Shown piece by piece: positions 50,547-62,104 of a DNA stretch of 64,000 nucleotides. Location: NCBI GenBank assembly GCA_000004985.1, contig GG738885.1. One strand, written 5' to 3'. Made by a program: the position numbers and the translations under genes. Numbering within the stretch: the first letter of the stretch is position 1; the number at the start of each line of letters is the position of its first letter. The DNA comes from Naegleria gruberi. Taxonomy: Eukaryota. A model generated the notes under the pieces. It was not told the DNA's origin and ran no database searches. It saw only the letters and a program-made list of their open reading frames with translations.

Positions 50547-51387
50547 TCATTTAACTTGATAACTAAGGAAACCTCTTCTTTCCAAAAGACAAAACCTCAA
50601 TGGCTTCTCACTCCAATCATCAGCATAATCAATATTAATTCTGGGACAGGCCGCTAATGTAAAGTTTCCAAATTTGAACGATTTTACATCAGTCCTAGTG
50701 TAGGGAATTAGTTCAGGCTCAAAATCTTCTAAAAATACTGTTTCCGAACTCTTTAGATCAACTCCATCAAATTCCTCCCTAGTTAAATTCAAAGCATGAG
50801 AAATTCTAGCTGGTCCAGAACAAACATTATGAATGATGATATTATTTGGATTGATTTGAGATTTGGGCGATAACAATTGATTCATTGTAATTCTATTTTG
50901 TTTCATTTCCTCAAATCCTTCAATTGGTTCAATTGCCCTAATCAATACTGCAGCTCCACTCTCATTACTAGTTATATTGAAACAATCATTGTGTCCCTTA
51001 AATGATTTATAGATATAGGAATGACCATATGGCAAGTACATGTTCCTATTCTTTTCTGTTTGTTTACCTTCATAGGTATGAGAAGCCTTGTCCAATACTC
51101 CTAGATAGGCCTCTTTGGTTCATGAACAATAATTCAAAACAAATAATTATAATTTGTTTTCATTCCAATATAAACTCACCAACCTCTACAATCATGCCAG
51201 ACAATCGTTTATCTCCATCAATTCTAACCAACAACTTTCCGATGAGTTGTTTTGCCAATTCCTCACATCCTCTATTGTAAAATTCAGCATCCACTCGTTT
51301 TGATCCATCACAACTACTATCCTGCATGATTTGTTCGATTAAATTATTACTACTATTATCAAATGATTCGTTTGTACTGGCCATCAC
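50547..51387 (-). CDS. MPG: DNA-3-methyladenine glycosylase (MPG/AAG family, Pur_DNA_glyco), 2 exons (51387-51180 and 51102-50547; 77-nt intron)
   Basis: Spliced product ...LLVRIDGDKRLSGMIVEV|EAYLGVLDKASHTYEGKQTEKNRNMYLPYGHSYIYKSFKGHNDCFNITSNESGAAVLIRAIEPIEGFEEM...KPLRFCLLERRGFLS matches human MPG (RIVETEAYLG...GRQTPRNRGMF...GTLYVY...GACVLLRALEPLEGLE...KPLRFY). GTGAGT donor and CAAAG acceptor. Confidence 0.75.
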
Positions 51388-51532
51388 ACTGAGGTAGTAG
51401 TACCTTCTTGTTGTCTTTCTATTTTTTAATATATTTAATAATAGATTGATGAATCATCTCTTACGTATGAATTATTGGAATTTACAATGAATGTTCTTCT
51501 CCTTGACAAAGAAAATTCCAATCTTGAAAAAA

Positions 51533-52975
51533 ATGTCTTCACACCACACAATTCATCATCTTCACTCGGATGTAATTCATGGGATTTTGAGCTTTTTGGA
51601 TGGAAGATCTATCATTCTCACTCGCTCAAGTTGTAAAATATTTAACGAATGCTATATGAATCATAGAGAAAGAATATGGAAAGAGTTGTGGAGAAGGGAA
51701 TTTCCATCACTTTCCGAAAAGATTAATTATTTTATTGAAAATAGAGGAGACGGTGAATTTACAAATATAATAGAGAAGAAAGTTGCTAATTGGTCGGATT
51801 ACTTTGATCTTTTTTTTAATGCCAAATTACATCATGAGAGAAAGGGACAATATAAATTGAATATTCTCAAGTCAGACAAATTGGAAGATAAACAAGAGAG
51901 TAATCCGAATGACATATTGACACAGACTCTCCCTGTTTCATTCTGTTGTTTCATGAAAAAGTATAGAAATTTAGAAGGATATCTACCAAATGAAAATGTG
52001 CTTTCAAGACTTACCAACGAAGAAAGAGGTGTATTGAATATCATGACCGATAAGAATAGGTATTTATTCTTTTCGAGATTTAATGATCCAGTATTTTCTC
52101 TAGTGGATGTTAAAAATAATAGAATTGCTAAGAAATTCGTAGGTCACAAAGGAACTGTTCTGGACATTAAATGTCTCTTTACTGACCCATTCAATTTAAA
52201 GTCGACCAATGTAGGAGCAGGCACTTTCTACCTCAATACTACAAGTACATCCTTCAATAATAGAGTTGTTAGTGCTTCAAGTGATAAAACTATCAAAATT
52301 TGGAACTTTACAACTGGAAGTTGCATTGAAAGCTTGACAGAACACAAAGGAAGTGTTGTCTCCATTGAAATGATCAATGAGAATGTTCTCTGTAGCGCCT
52401 CTCATGATTTATCCATTAAGCTGTGGGACTTGAATCATGGAGCATCTCTTTCAACATTGGACAATGTACATGAAAAGTTGATTTACAAAATTCAATATAA
52501 TTCATGGAATAATTTCCTTGCATCATGTGGAAAGGATGGTACCACTAATCTATTTGACATGAGAACTATTAGTAATGCTTCTAAACCTTTCAAAACCTTG
52601 GATCATATCAAGGATGGAGACACTGAAAAATTGTCAGTCTATTCAATTGCTATGAATTCACACACTCTGTGTTGCGGAGGAAAGGATGGCTTATTTACCA
52701 TGTATGATTTGAGAAATCTCGAAAAGCCACTCTTAAAGAAGAATTTCACATCTTCCATTGACAGAATTTATTCGGATGAGTTTAAGGCAGTACTTTTTGA
52801 AGGATTCACTTGTAAAGTTCTCGATTTAAATACAATGCAAGAAGAAACCATCACCGAGTTGGAAAATAGACAAGCTACCTATTGTGTTGCCCTAGGAAAT
52901 GAACCATTCATTGATTATAACACAATGGTCACTCAGATTGATAATCAAAATCTATGCCTCGTCGACATGTTGTAA
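51533..52975 (+). CDS. F-box-like/WD40-repeat protein
   Basis: N-terminal IHGILSFLDGRSIILTRSSCKIFNECYMNHRERIWKELW (F-box-like). WD repeats (SASSDKTIKIWNFTTG...; SASHDLSIKLWDL...; SCGKDGTTNLFDM...). Confidence 0.65.
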   Translation: MSSHHTIHHLHSDVIHGILSFLDGRSIILTRSSCKIFNECYMNHRERIWKELWRREFPSLSEKINYFIENRGDGEFTNIIEKKVANWSDYFDLFFNAKLHHERKGQYKLNILKSDKLEDKQESNPNDILTQTLPVSFCCFMKKYRNLEGYLPNENVLSRLTNEERGVLNIMTDKNRYLFFSRFNDPVFSLVDVKNNRIAKKFVGHKGTVLDIKCLFTDPFNLKSTNVGAGTFYLNTTSTSFNNRVVSASSDKTIKIWNFTTGSCIESLTEHKGSVVSIEMINENVLCSASHDLSIKLWDLNHGASLSTLDNVHEKLIYKIQYNSWNNFLASCGKDGTTNLFDMRTISNASKPFKTLDHIKDGDTEKLSVYSIAMNSHTLCCGGKDGLFTMYDLRNLEKPLLKKNFTSSIDRIYSDEFKAVLFEGFTCKVLDLNTMQEETITELENRQATYCVALGNEPFIDYNTMVTQIDNQNLCLVDML

Positions 52976-53011
52976 TTTTATAAAGCAAGCAAATATTAGA
53001 ACCTTAAAAAA

Positions 53012-54928
53012 ATGATTAAAAAGCTCGACCAAGCAACAGAGTTTCATTTGAGAAGTGGTGTTCAGTTGCCGGATATTCAGACAATTTTAGGGAAATTGAT
53101 CGATAATGGTGAGTTTGGTTATTTAATATATTCCTTCTGAATTATGTTTGTAAAGCAATTGAGGCTAAAAGTACTTTTATTCGTATTAATATCAAATCGA
53201 AGCCTTCTTTTTCCATTGAGGTTAAAGATGATGGAGTAGGAATTGATTTCTCTGGATTGAAAACAATCGGAGAGTGTAGAAATGGTAAGTAATTAAGAGT
53301 ATTACAATATATAAAACCAATGAAATATAGTTTCTTCTAAAACTGATTTGAAAGGAGAGTCTCTTCATTCAATAATTACAGCCTGCTCTACTGTCAAGAT
53401 TACCTCCAAAGGGAATAATTATCCTCTCTGTTTCTCTTCAATATTTGTAAATGGTCAAAGGAAAAGCCTTGAACAAGCTCCCATCACAACTTTCCAAAGA
53501 GGAGGAACCTCTGTAATGGTTGAAGGAATTTTCAGTAATTATCCAGTGAGGAAGAAACAATTAGAAGAGCATCCTGATCAATACTTGAGATCAATTGTAG
53601 ACTTTATAGAGGTAGAAAGCTTCAAATTGGTTGATATTCAAATTGCATTGGTTTGTGATGGAATGTCAATCTTTGATTTGTCCAACTCGGAAAAGGAACA
53701 AGCCTTACATCAAAGAATAAGGAAACGATATGAAGAGTTGACGAGAAGGAGAAACTTATTTCCAATAGAAGACATCAAGTTTGGAGAATTGCAAGTCAGT
53801 GGCATTGTTGATAAGAATGACATAACTTCAAAGATCAAGATTGTAATTGTAAACAATAGGGTTTATCCAATAGAAACATTAATTAAGAAAGGAGAAGAGT
53901 TTGGAAGTTTTGTACTCTGTGCTTCTATATTGAAAGCTCCACCACATAACTCTGAAATGATTAACTCTGAGCTTCGCAATGCTCTGTTCTATAGTAAGCT
54001 ACATAATGAATCAAGCACTATTCAAATATACAATGAAGAATCAGAACAGAGAAAAGAGTTTGCACCACTATCTTCTTCCCTTTATGATAAGATGTACAAT
54101 AGAAAACCAAGTGAAAACAAAATTAAGGGTGACCGTTTAAATATTAACCAACTAATTAACAAATCGAAAGAGATTAATGGCATCAAAACCATTCCAAAAC
54201 CTCAACCCAAGTTTATGAGCTCTCCAAAAAAGAAGAAGCTGTTGAATATTTCTCTTGACAAGAACCAAATGAAACAATTGAAATTTATCAATCAATGGGA
54301 GAAGAAGTTTATTCTCACATCCTTAAAGACAGAGAACAGTCTCCTACTTATTGCTATTGATCAACATGCAGCAGATGAGAGAGTTCGCATGGAGATGATT
54401 CAACAAAATATATTAGATTATGCGCAGCAGTCTCCTGGCCCATGGGTACAACCACTCTCGAAGCAAACACTAAACTCCACCAAGGTTGAGGGATCGAAAA
54501 CCATATCCTTATTGAAACAGAACAAAGACAAATTATCCAAATGGTATTGGAATTTTATTATCATTCATGAAGAGTCAACAAACGCATTTTTAAAACTCAA
54601 TACTATACCTTGTTTATTCGTCGAGAAAGACTCTATTGAGCTTGGTTTTGAATCTATGATGTCATTTTTATCTGAACTGGAATTTGATTCAACCTGTTGG
54701 TATCCAAAACGAGTTTTAGAACTCATTCAATCCAAAGCATGCCGTGGAGCCATTATGTTTGGAGATGTGCTATCCACTGAGAAATGTAATCAACTGTTAC
54801 AACAATTATCAAATTGTCAACTGCCTTTCCAGTGTGCTCATGGAAGACCTAGTAAGTAGTTCCAACTTTGCAATTTTTTAAACAACCATTTCAAAATAGC
54901 AACTGGAATCCTGACTTCGATCAATTAG
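53012..54928 (+). CDS. MutL homolog of the PMS2/MLH3 (endonuclease-motif) type. Exons about 53012-53108, 53157-53285, 53355(or 53331)-54851, with a probable terminal micro-exon 54900-54928
   Basis: GHKL N-terminus MIKKLDQATEFHLRSGVQLPDIQTILGKLIDN|AIEAKSTFIRINIK...EVKDDGVGI...|...KGESLHSI. C-terminal DQHAADERVRME (DQHA(x)2E(x)4E endonuclease motif), RVLELIQSKACRGAIMFGDVLS, and CAHGRP (compare PMS2 CPHGRPT) continuing ...TTGILTSIN* after a 48-nt intron. Confidence 0.7.
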
Positions 54929-55006
54929 GTAGTAATATTGAGATTAACAATAATGAAGAAATAAAATGCCATTTTGAACAGTTCAATTGACTAATAAATT
55001 ATTTAT

Positions 55007-56470
55007 TTAATATTCTTCAGTCTTAATATCATTCAAACCAAGATCTTCATTTTGTTCGAAAGTTCTCTCATATTGTTCAACAGTAAGGAATGGATCAACA
55101 TCTGGAGCAAACAAGTTTTGAATATAACTGTTTGACACTGGATCATCAATAATCAAAGTCCAAGGCATACGACCACCAGTTTGCATTTCATCAATACCAG
55201 TCAAGAATTTTTGGAATGATTCCTTTTCCTCAGCTGAGTCACCAACTCTAAATTGGTTGACTTCGGTCAGCTTGTCCTTAATATTCATTAATAAACCTTC
55301 AACAGTTGTAAATTTACCACCAAGAGAACCAGTAGCAACCTGGAGGTCGAGTTCTGGAATTTCCAATGAAGCAGTTTCACTCTTCAAAACATCTCTACTC
55401 AAATCTTCTGGGTTAGTGACACGAAGAGTTAATTTAGTGGCGTATGGAGATATTTGACCACCAGCTCTAACTTCAGTAGTCTTGTAACCACACTTGTCAC
55501 AAGTGAATGACATTAAAATAATATCTTTAAAGAATGGAACAACCAACGGCATCATCTTCAAGTTACCTGAAACACCACAACCGTAACATGGTTCATTAAA
55601 TGTGAAAACTTCCTCTGGTGCAGACATCTTTTCTTGCAATAATTCAATTTCTCTCTCGTTAGAAATAATTGATGTTGGAATATTAGCAGCAAGTCTACTC
55701 TTTGGTTTTTCTTGACCTCCTTCAGTGTAATTTTGAGCACCTAGTGAGAGACCAAGTCTTTCAGTTTGTTCATCAGATCTTTGATAATATCTAGTGAAAA
55801 CTTGAGGATCATTTGGTACTGTTAATTTTTCAACATTTGAATTTCCAGAATAATCATCAATAACAATAGTGAATGGGAATCCTTCTCCACTAATTAATTT
55901 TTGTGCCTTTTCAATAAAGTTATCAATAGCAGAAGCAAGAGAAGGGTCCAAAACTCTTCTAGCTGCTTGTCCATCCAATAAATTATCAATTGCTCTATTA
56001 ATAACACCCTCAACAGTTGTAAGTGTACCCTTTTGAGTATTTTCTGGAATTTCAAAATCAATTTCTGGAATACTCAAAGTAGCAAAGTCAGACTTGACAA
56101 TTTGTCTATCCAAATCTTCCTTCTTTTCAACCTTTAAAGTGTAACAAACACCAAAATCACCATAAGAACCACCAAATTGAATTTCTTGATTTCTCATTCC
56201 ACAATGTGGGCAGCTGAAACTAGTAATAATAACTTCTCTAAAGTGAGGAATTTTAGTGAACAACATTCTAGTAACACCATTCTTCTCACAATTTACACAA
56301 AAGCTTTCCAATTCCAAAGGAGCAGAATCATTCAAGCCAATAGTATGGAAAATAGGTTCCGATGAAGTAGAAAATTGTTGTTGCTTTGGTTCTTCAGTGG
56401 TGGCGGTTGTACTATTAGTTTCTTCAGTACTAGTATTTTCGTGGTTATCAACGTCGTTGAGGGTAATCAT
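55007..56470 (-). CDS. ZPR1: ZPR1 zinc-finger protein (two ZPR1-type zinc-finger/A-domains)
   Basis: Two copies of ESFCVNCEKNGVTRMLFTKIPHFREVIITSFSCPHCGMRNQEIQFGG / EPCYGCGVSGNLKMMPLVVPFFKDIILMSFTCDKCGYKTTEVRAGG followed by ...TLTTVEG... blocks, matching ZPR1 ([44 protein letters not shown]). Confidence 0.8.
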   Translation of the reverse strand: MITLNDVDNHENTSTEETNSTTATTEEPKQQQFSTSSEPIFHTIGLNDSAPLELESFCVNCEKNGVTRMLFTKIPHFREVIITSFSCPHCGMRNQEIQFGGSYGDFGVCYTLKVEKKEDLDRQIVKSDFATLSIPEIDFEIPENTQKGTLTTVEGVINRAIDNLLDGQAARRVLDPSLASAIDNFIEKAQKLISGEGFPFTIVIDDYSGNSNVEKLTVPNDPQVFTRYYQRSDEQTERLGLSLGAQNYTEGGQEKPKSRLAANIPTSIISNEREIELLQEKMSAPEEVFTFNEPCYGCGVSGNLKMMPLVVPFFKDIILMSFTCDKCGYKTTEVRAGGQISPYATKLTLRVTNPEDLSRDVLKSETASLEIPELDLQVATGSLGGKFTTVEGLLMNIKDKLTEVNQFRVGDSAEEKESFQKFLTGIDEMQTGGRMPWTLIIDDPVSNSYIQNLFAPDVDPFLTVEQYERTFEQNEDLGLNDIKTEEY

Positions 56471-56896
56471 TTTTTTTCAAACAATTTTTGAATTGATGAT
56501 TTTTATGCTTGAAGATTAAGATAAATTATGCTGAAGGAATGCTCAAGGAAAATTCCGAAATTGCACTTTAATATTATTTACTATCATGATGATTAATTCT
56601 TTAATTTATTGTACAAATATTAATACTTGAAGCTAATTAAAATTCAACATTTCGGAATCAATATTATTTTATAAACCATATGATGATTTGCCTCTCAACC
56701 TATGAAATACATAATAGGATATTATAATAAGGATCCAAACAATCAGTAATCAGTGTCTCTAAATCAATATTAATCTAGGAGTATTAACATGATGAACTAT
56801 CAAAATGCTATAATTCTTCCGAAATAGCATGATGATGCTCCAGAAACACCTAAGAACTCAAAACTTCTCCGTCAGCCAAATCTCTCAAAAGAAAAA

Positions 56897-58084
56897 ATGT
56901 TCACCATTGCTGCTTCACTGGTGTTGGCCTATGTGGGTGTCTGTTTCATTTGGGATCAAATTCCGTATGTTTCTTCAAATTTCTAATTGTTGACTGTTGA
57001 TTTTTGTGTGATTGTTGCTAATTTGTTGATGATGAACTGTTTAATGAACATTCCTTTGATATGAAATTTGTTACCGATCACAATGATGATGACTATGATT
57101 TGATAATGATGATTCTACTATTATATTAACTATTACATAGTCCTAGAATGAGTGCTAGAAGAAAGATTTCAATGAGTGGATGGGGAGCCCCTTCAGAGCC
57201 AGCCACTTATGGATGTGTCACTATTGATCTAGAGAAAATTGAAGATTTATTGACCAAGGTTTCCGAAAAAATTGGTCAAAAGATTACAATTACTCATTTC
57301 ATGAGTAGAGCTGCTGGTTTGGCAATTGAGGCATGTCCTGAAATTAACTGTAGAATGGTTTTGGGTAAATTGCTTCCAAACAAGACTATTGATGTCAGTT
57401 TGCTTGTTGCTTGTGAAGATCCAAAAACTAAGAAGAATGATTTATCCAATGTCACAATTAGATCAATTAACAAAAAGACTTTGAAAGACATTTCCGATGA
57501 AGTTGTTAAAGGAGCTGAAAAATTGAGAAGTGGAAAAAACGAAAATCACAAAAAGACAAATCAACCAATGTCTTTCTTGCCAACCCTTATTGCTGGTCCA
57601 ATTATTAGCTTTATGGCTTGGTTGGCTTGTGCTTTGCAAATGAATATTCCTGCATTGGGACTTCAAGCCCATCCATTTGGTACTTGTATCATTACATCGT
57701 AAGTATTGATTGTGTTGACATGGTTTGGATGAACTAATATTTCATAGAGTTGCTGGTTTTGGAATTGAGGAAGGATTTGTTCCATTAGCTCCATTCACAA
57801 GATGTCCATTCTTCATTTGTATTGGGTAAGTTTTTTCTCCACCTCAAATGAATTTTAATTTCATTTCGGATAGTTTGGCCAAGAGTCAACCAGCTGTCAA
57901 TGAACAAACTGGACAAATTGAAGCTAGAAGACAAGTTAAAGTTACTGCCACCACTGACCATCGTTTCGTAGATGGTAAGGAAGTTGGAAAATTAGTTAAG
58001 AAATTTGTGGACGTCTGTACTAATGTTGAAAAGTACTTTACTGTTGATGAGGAATCTAAAAACTTTGTTGAAAAGAAGCACTAA
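56897..58084 (+). CDS. Membrane-anchored protein with a 2-oxoacid dehydrogenase acyltransferase (E2-type) catalytic domain and no lipoyl domain. 4 exons (about 56897-56964, 57140-57698, 57748-57825, 57874-58084)
   Basis: N-terminal TM MFTIAASLVLAYVGVCFIW. Catalytic-domain blocks ITITHFMSRAAGLAIEACPEIN (compare [22 protein letters not shown]) and the DHRFVDG active-site motif (DHRVIDG in E2). Introns GTATGT...CATAG (175 nt), GTAAGT...CATAG (49 nt), GTAAGT...GATAG (48 nt) keep the frame. Confidence 0.55.
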
Positions 58085-58150
58085 TTTAGTTATAATTTAT
58101 TATAAACATAAAAATATTAATCTAGTTAGATGATTTAATCTGTTGTAATC

Positions 58151-59374
58151 CTAGTTGAATTTGAAAAATTGTTGAAAGTGATCCTTAAGTAACTCTTCAC
58201 ACTTTTCTCTGCTTAATTCCTCCTCTATGGTCGCACCTATTTCGGATAGAAATGATTTTACAATCAATAAATTGTCATTCATGCTCTCTATTGATTGGAA
58301 ATCAACAATTGGTCTTGCATCCAATTCCAATTCGTCATCAATTAATTGGAAGGTAAATGTTGTAGACCACACAAATTTGCACACCTCCTCAATACCAGAT
58401 GATACTCTAGGTGTGCTGGTACTGCTGATTTCTTGACCAATTTTACTGCCACTACTGCATAACTTTTCTGTTCTGTAGTGAACTACCTCTATTGAGGAAT
58501 TATTAAAGTACAATTCTACAACCCACATTCTTCCATCAAATAATCGAACCTTTCCTCCAAACTCTGATTTGAATTTAGATTTGACATCCATCACTGATTG
58601 TGAGATTGATTCTTGTTGCATGCAACTCAATATCTTTAAAATGTTTTTAAAAGTATTCAATCTGTGGGGTTTTAATTCCAATTCCTTCCAAACATTCTCC
58701 ATTGTTGAAATCATATCATTCTTAATAGTTTCAACAGATAGTTCCTCACCCTCATCCTGACTATTAGTATTGAATAAATCTGCTCGGCAACACTCTACTA
58801 AACCTAGATTTTGAAATAATTGACCAAAAAGTCTCAGAATTGCCTCTTCAATTTCATAATTTGATGGAGAAGATGATTCAACAAGTTCAATTCCATCAAC
58901 TTTCATTTTTGGAATTAATCTCACAATATCTGATGCTATTAATTTAAAAGTATCACCAGTCATGGATACATCACTCGCATTATCAATCAGATCAAATCTT
59001 GATGATATTATTGCATTCTCAATTTTGCTATTTTTCGAAATGGTAACATTATCCTCTGGTTGATCCTCTACTTTCTGATATTGAAGTGAATTTGATAGTG
59101 TTCTAACTGATTTTCGTATAGTTTCCGATTGATTAGCAATCATTTTGGCATTCGAATCAGAGACATCATCCACCACTACAAGACTTTGTTTTAAATCAAT
59201 TGTAATAATTGATGAATCGTTAGAATTAGAATGAGAGTGAGTTCCTGTTGATGATGATGAAGATTTATCAACGTGTGATTGTTGTTGTTGTTCCTCACCT
59301 TGATCTAATTCATCCTCCTCCTCTTGATCTTCCTTTCGGTTAGAAGAACAAACAACCATAGCTTTGAGAAACAT
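58151..59374 (-). CDS. Hypothetical protein (407 aa) with acidic/Q-rich N-terminus
   Basis: Intact ORF. No domain recognised. Confidence 0.4.
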   Translation of the reverse strand: MFLKAMVVCSSNRKEDQEEEDELDQGEEQQQQSHVDKSSSSSTGTHSHSNSNDSSIITIDLKQSLVVVDDVSDSNAKMIANQSETIRKSVRTLSNSLQYQKVEDQPEDNVTISKNSKIENAIISSRFDLIDNASDVSMTGDTFKLIASDIVRLIPKMKVDGIELVESSSPSNYEIEEAILRLFGQLFQNLGLVECCRADLFNTNSQDEGEELSVETIKNDMISTMENVWKELELKPHRLNTFKNILKILSCMQQESISQSVMDVKSKFKSEFGGKVRLFDGRMWVVELYFNNSSIEVVHYRTEKLCSSGSKIGQEISSTSTPRVSSGIEEVCKFVWSTTFTFQLIDDELELDARPIVDFQSIESMNDNLLIVKSFLSEIGATIEEELSREKCEELLKDHFQQFFKFN

Positions 59375-60024
59375 TTTTTTTATCGGAAAGAGAAGTTTGA
59401 TGACTTTTGGATTAATATGAATGTGTTATTGTCATCTGTTTTGCTGACTTAGTATTCTTGGTTATGATCATGCCAATTGTTTAGAATCATTATTGGTTGT
59501 GTTTTGTTACTGGTGTAATATCTTTACCCTCTTGCTTTTGGTACCAATCAATGATGAACGGTATTATGATTTATAAAGAGTGGAATTATGTGGTTTAACA
59601 CTTTCTTGTGTAGAAGATTATTGGTAGCAATACCATTGAGCAATTATTATATCATCCATTATTGCAAAGTCTTCTTTGTCTAATAATTTTTTTAATTATT
59701 GTTAAATGGTGATGATGAAATTTCTTGTTATTGTTTCTAAAGCAAATGATGAAGTTTTTGTTGTTGCTAACTCAGCTTCAAGGAATGACATCATATACAA
59801 ATCGGTATGAGATCGGCGAGTAGAATGTTATTATTCTTTTGTTGTGTTGTGTGTTGAATGCAATTTTGAAAGCAGGCAAGAAGGTCAAAAAATATTCATT
59901 GTAAAATTCACTAATGTGGTTGCCAACCAGAAATTTGCATAAAATTTGTTGAAAAAAAAATCATTAATTCGTAAGTATCACTCACGTTAATGGAGATTGC
60001 TAAACCACCTCATCTTACTAGAAA

Positions 60025-60453
60025 ATGGGTAAAGTCAGAACCAAGACTGTCAAGAAGGCATCAAAGATCATCGTCGAAAAGTATTACAATTCTCTTACTA
60101 CCGACTTCGATACCAACAAGAAGGTCTGTCAAGAAATCGCCACCATTCCAACTAAGAGAATGAGAAACAAGATTGCCGGTTTCACTACTCACTTGATGGC
60201 CAGAATCAAGAAGGGTACCGTCAGAGGTATCTCCTTGAAGTTGCAAGAAGAAGAAAGAGAAAGAAGAATGGACTACGTTCCAGAAGTTTCTTATGTCGAT
60301 GAAATTATCAACAGAGGTATTGAAGTTTCTGATGAAGTCTCTGACATGTTGAAGACTATTGGTTTCGGTGATTTGAAGAGCGTCACTAAGGTCTCTCACT
60401 CAACAGGCCACCACCAACACCACAATAAGAGAAGAGGTAACAAGTCTTATTAA
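60025..60453 (+). CDS. RPS17: 40S ribosomal protein eS17 (RPS17)
   Basis: [81 protein letters not shown] is near-identical to eukaryotic eS17 ([81 protein letters not shown]). Confidence 0.85.
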   Translation: MGKVRTKTVKKASKIIVEKYYNSLTTDFDTNKKVCQEIATIPTKRMRNKIAGFTTHLMARIKKGTVRGISLKLQEEERERRMDYVPEVSYVDEIINRGIEVSDEVSDMLKTIGFGDLKSVTKVSHSTGHHQHHNKRRGNKSY

Positions 60454-60486
60454 ATAAATCCAATATAAAACTATTTAAAATTACCT

Positions 60487-62101
60487 TTAATTCTTTTTTA
60501 AAATTATTATTTGTCTTCCTATTCTAGAATCATGAGTTAAGTGCATATGGAAGAATCGTTGATGTAGAGTAAAGTTGTGTTGTTGGATGAGAAATTCGGC
60601 AACAGATTGAACACTGTGATGATCATACATTACTACATAATGTGCTTCTTTGTGTGTCTTGGATACTTTCTGTACAAACTCTAGAGGATTATTGTAGAAT
60701 CTATCAGCTTGTGAATCATCTCCATCAAAAGGAGAGCAGTCCAAGTGGAATAGCTTAATATGTCTCGTGGATTGTCTTCCTTCAAATAAGAATGCATGAC
60801 CAGGCAAATGGTGACAAGGCATTAATAAATGAACTACCATATCCTTTTCTTGCCCAGTAACAGGCAATTGTTGTTTGAAGAATTGTTGACTCTCACTTCT
60901 CAAATGATTGACCACCTTAATTGGAGCACTTTGATGAATTCTTCCAAGATAAAATACAGCACCCAGTTGAACAATGGTCATAATTACAAGTAAGAGTCTG
61001 TATCCTCTATCAGTGATATGAACCTTATTGTGAATAAAATCTCCAATTGAAATAAAACAGAGTGGTAAAATTGGATAGATAAATCTAAACTCCTTATGAG
61101 CTTGTAATGAATAGACCAATACTGGTAAGAGAATGACACAATTAAGTTTCCAATATTTTCTACTATATTCCCTATTCACAAAATTAATCCACACATAGAG
61201 AGGGAAATGTGTTAATAACATGACAGGAAATCCCTGAGTAAAATACCAATGCCATGGTTGAGTTCCATATACTAATAAAATCAAGAACAGTAATTATTTA
61301 AAAGAAATGATGAGAAAACATACAATGGGCAAGATTTTCAACAATGTTAAATTTCAAAAAGTTCAAAATTACAATGGTGAATTGTCCATACATATTTGAG
61401 TCAATCTGGATTGAAATTGCAAGCCAAATTATACTATTCAATTAAATATTCCGTTTCCAATAATTATTTTAAGCTCTTAATTATATAATTTCACTTACAC
61501 ATATCCAATGAATGTTAATAAATATTTGAAAATATTCTTCTCCTTAAATAATTGAAACAAAAACAATGGAATATAAATAATGGTACTTGTTGGTCTCACA
61601 ACACATCCAAATCCTGCAAAAAACATCCAGTAATGCCTAAATTTCTTTGAATGATCATGATTATGATGATGGGAGTGACATTTATCATCGTGACATTCAT
61701 CTTGTTGAATTAGATCAACAGGGAATAAATAAATAGCAATTAACACAATATTCATTTCCATAGTATTTGAAAAAGTCCTCACTCCACAATATAAATTAAA
61801 CCAATTAGTCAATGAAATCAATAACTACAAATTCCACAATTGCAATTAAATTAACACATACAGTCAAATAGGCAGTCATTTTCGATTTTAAATACTTGGC
61901 AACAATTAAAAAGAGAAAATAATCTGACAATGCTGTGCACACTGACTGAACAGCAATTGGCATCCAATACGATAAGAAACCCATCAATGATTCATCATTT
62001 CCATATAATTTCTCCACAAAATCCATCACATAATATCCACTAGATAGAATCATTGGATGAAGATATCCTCGGAGAGAGTGTTTAGCATCCCATTCCCATG
62101 G
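60487..62101 (-). CDS. PIGB: GPI mannosyltransferase 3 (PIG-B/Gpi10; GT22 family). 4 identified exons (about 62101-61862, 61824-61501, 61405-61324, 61271-60487); N-terminal exon not found
   Basis: PWEWDAKHSLRGYLHPMI (GT22 TWEW...RSYxHP motif). AYLT|LLISLTNWFNLYCGVRTFSNTMEM (human [28 protein letters not shown]). YGQFTIVILNFLKFNIVENLAH|LYGTQPWHWYFTQGFPVMLLTHFP (human [46 protein letters not shown]). HKEFRFIYPILPLC (human HKEFRFIYPVLPFC). GT-AG introns of 37, 95 and 52 nt. Confidence 0.7.
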
Positions 62102-62104
62102 TAT

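Noticed and set aside
60061-60399. 112-aa antisense ORF opposite RPS17, briefly considered as a possible location for the missing eIF2D SUI1 domain
   Set aside because: No SUI1-like motifs. The region is fully explained by the highly conserved eS17 gene on the + strand.
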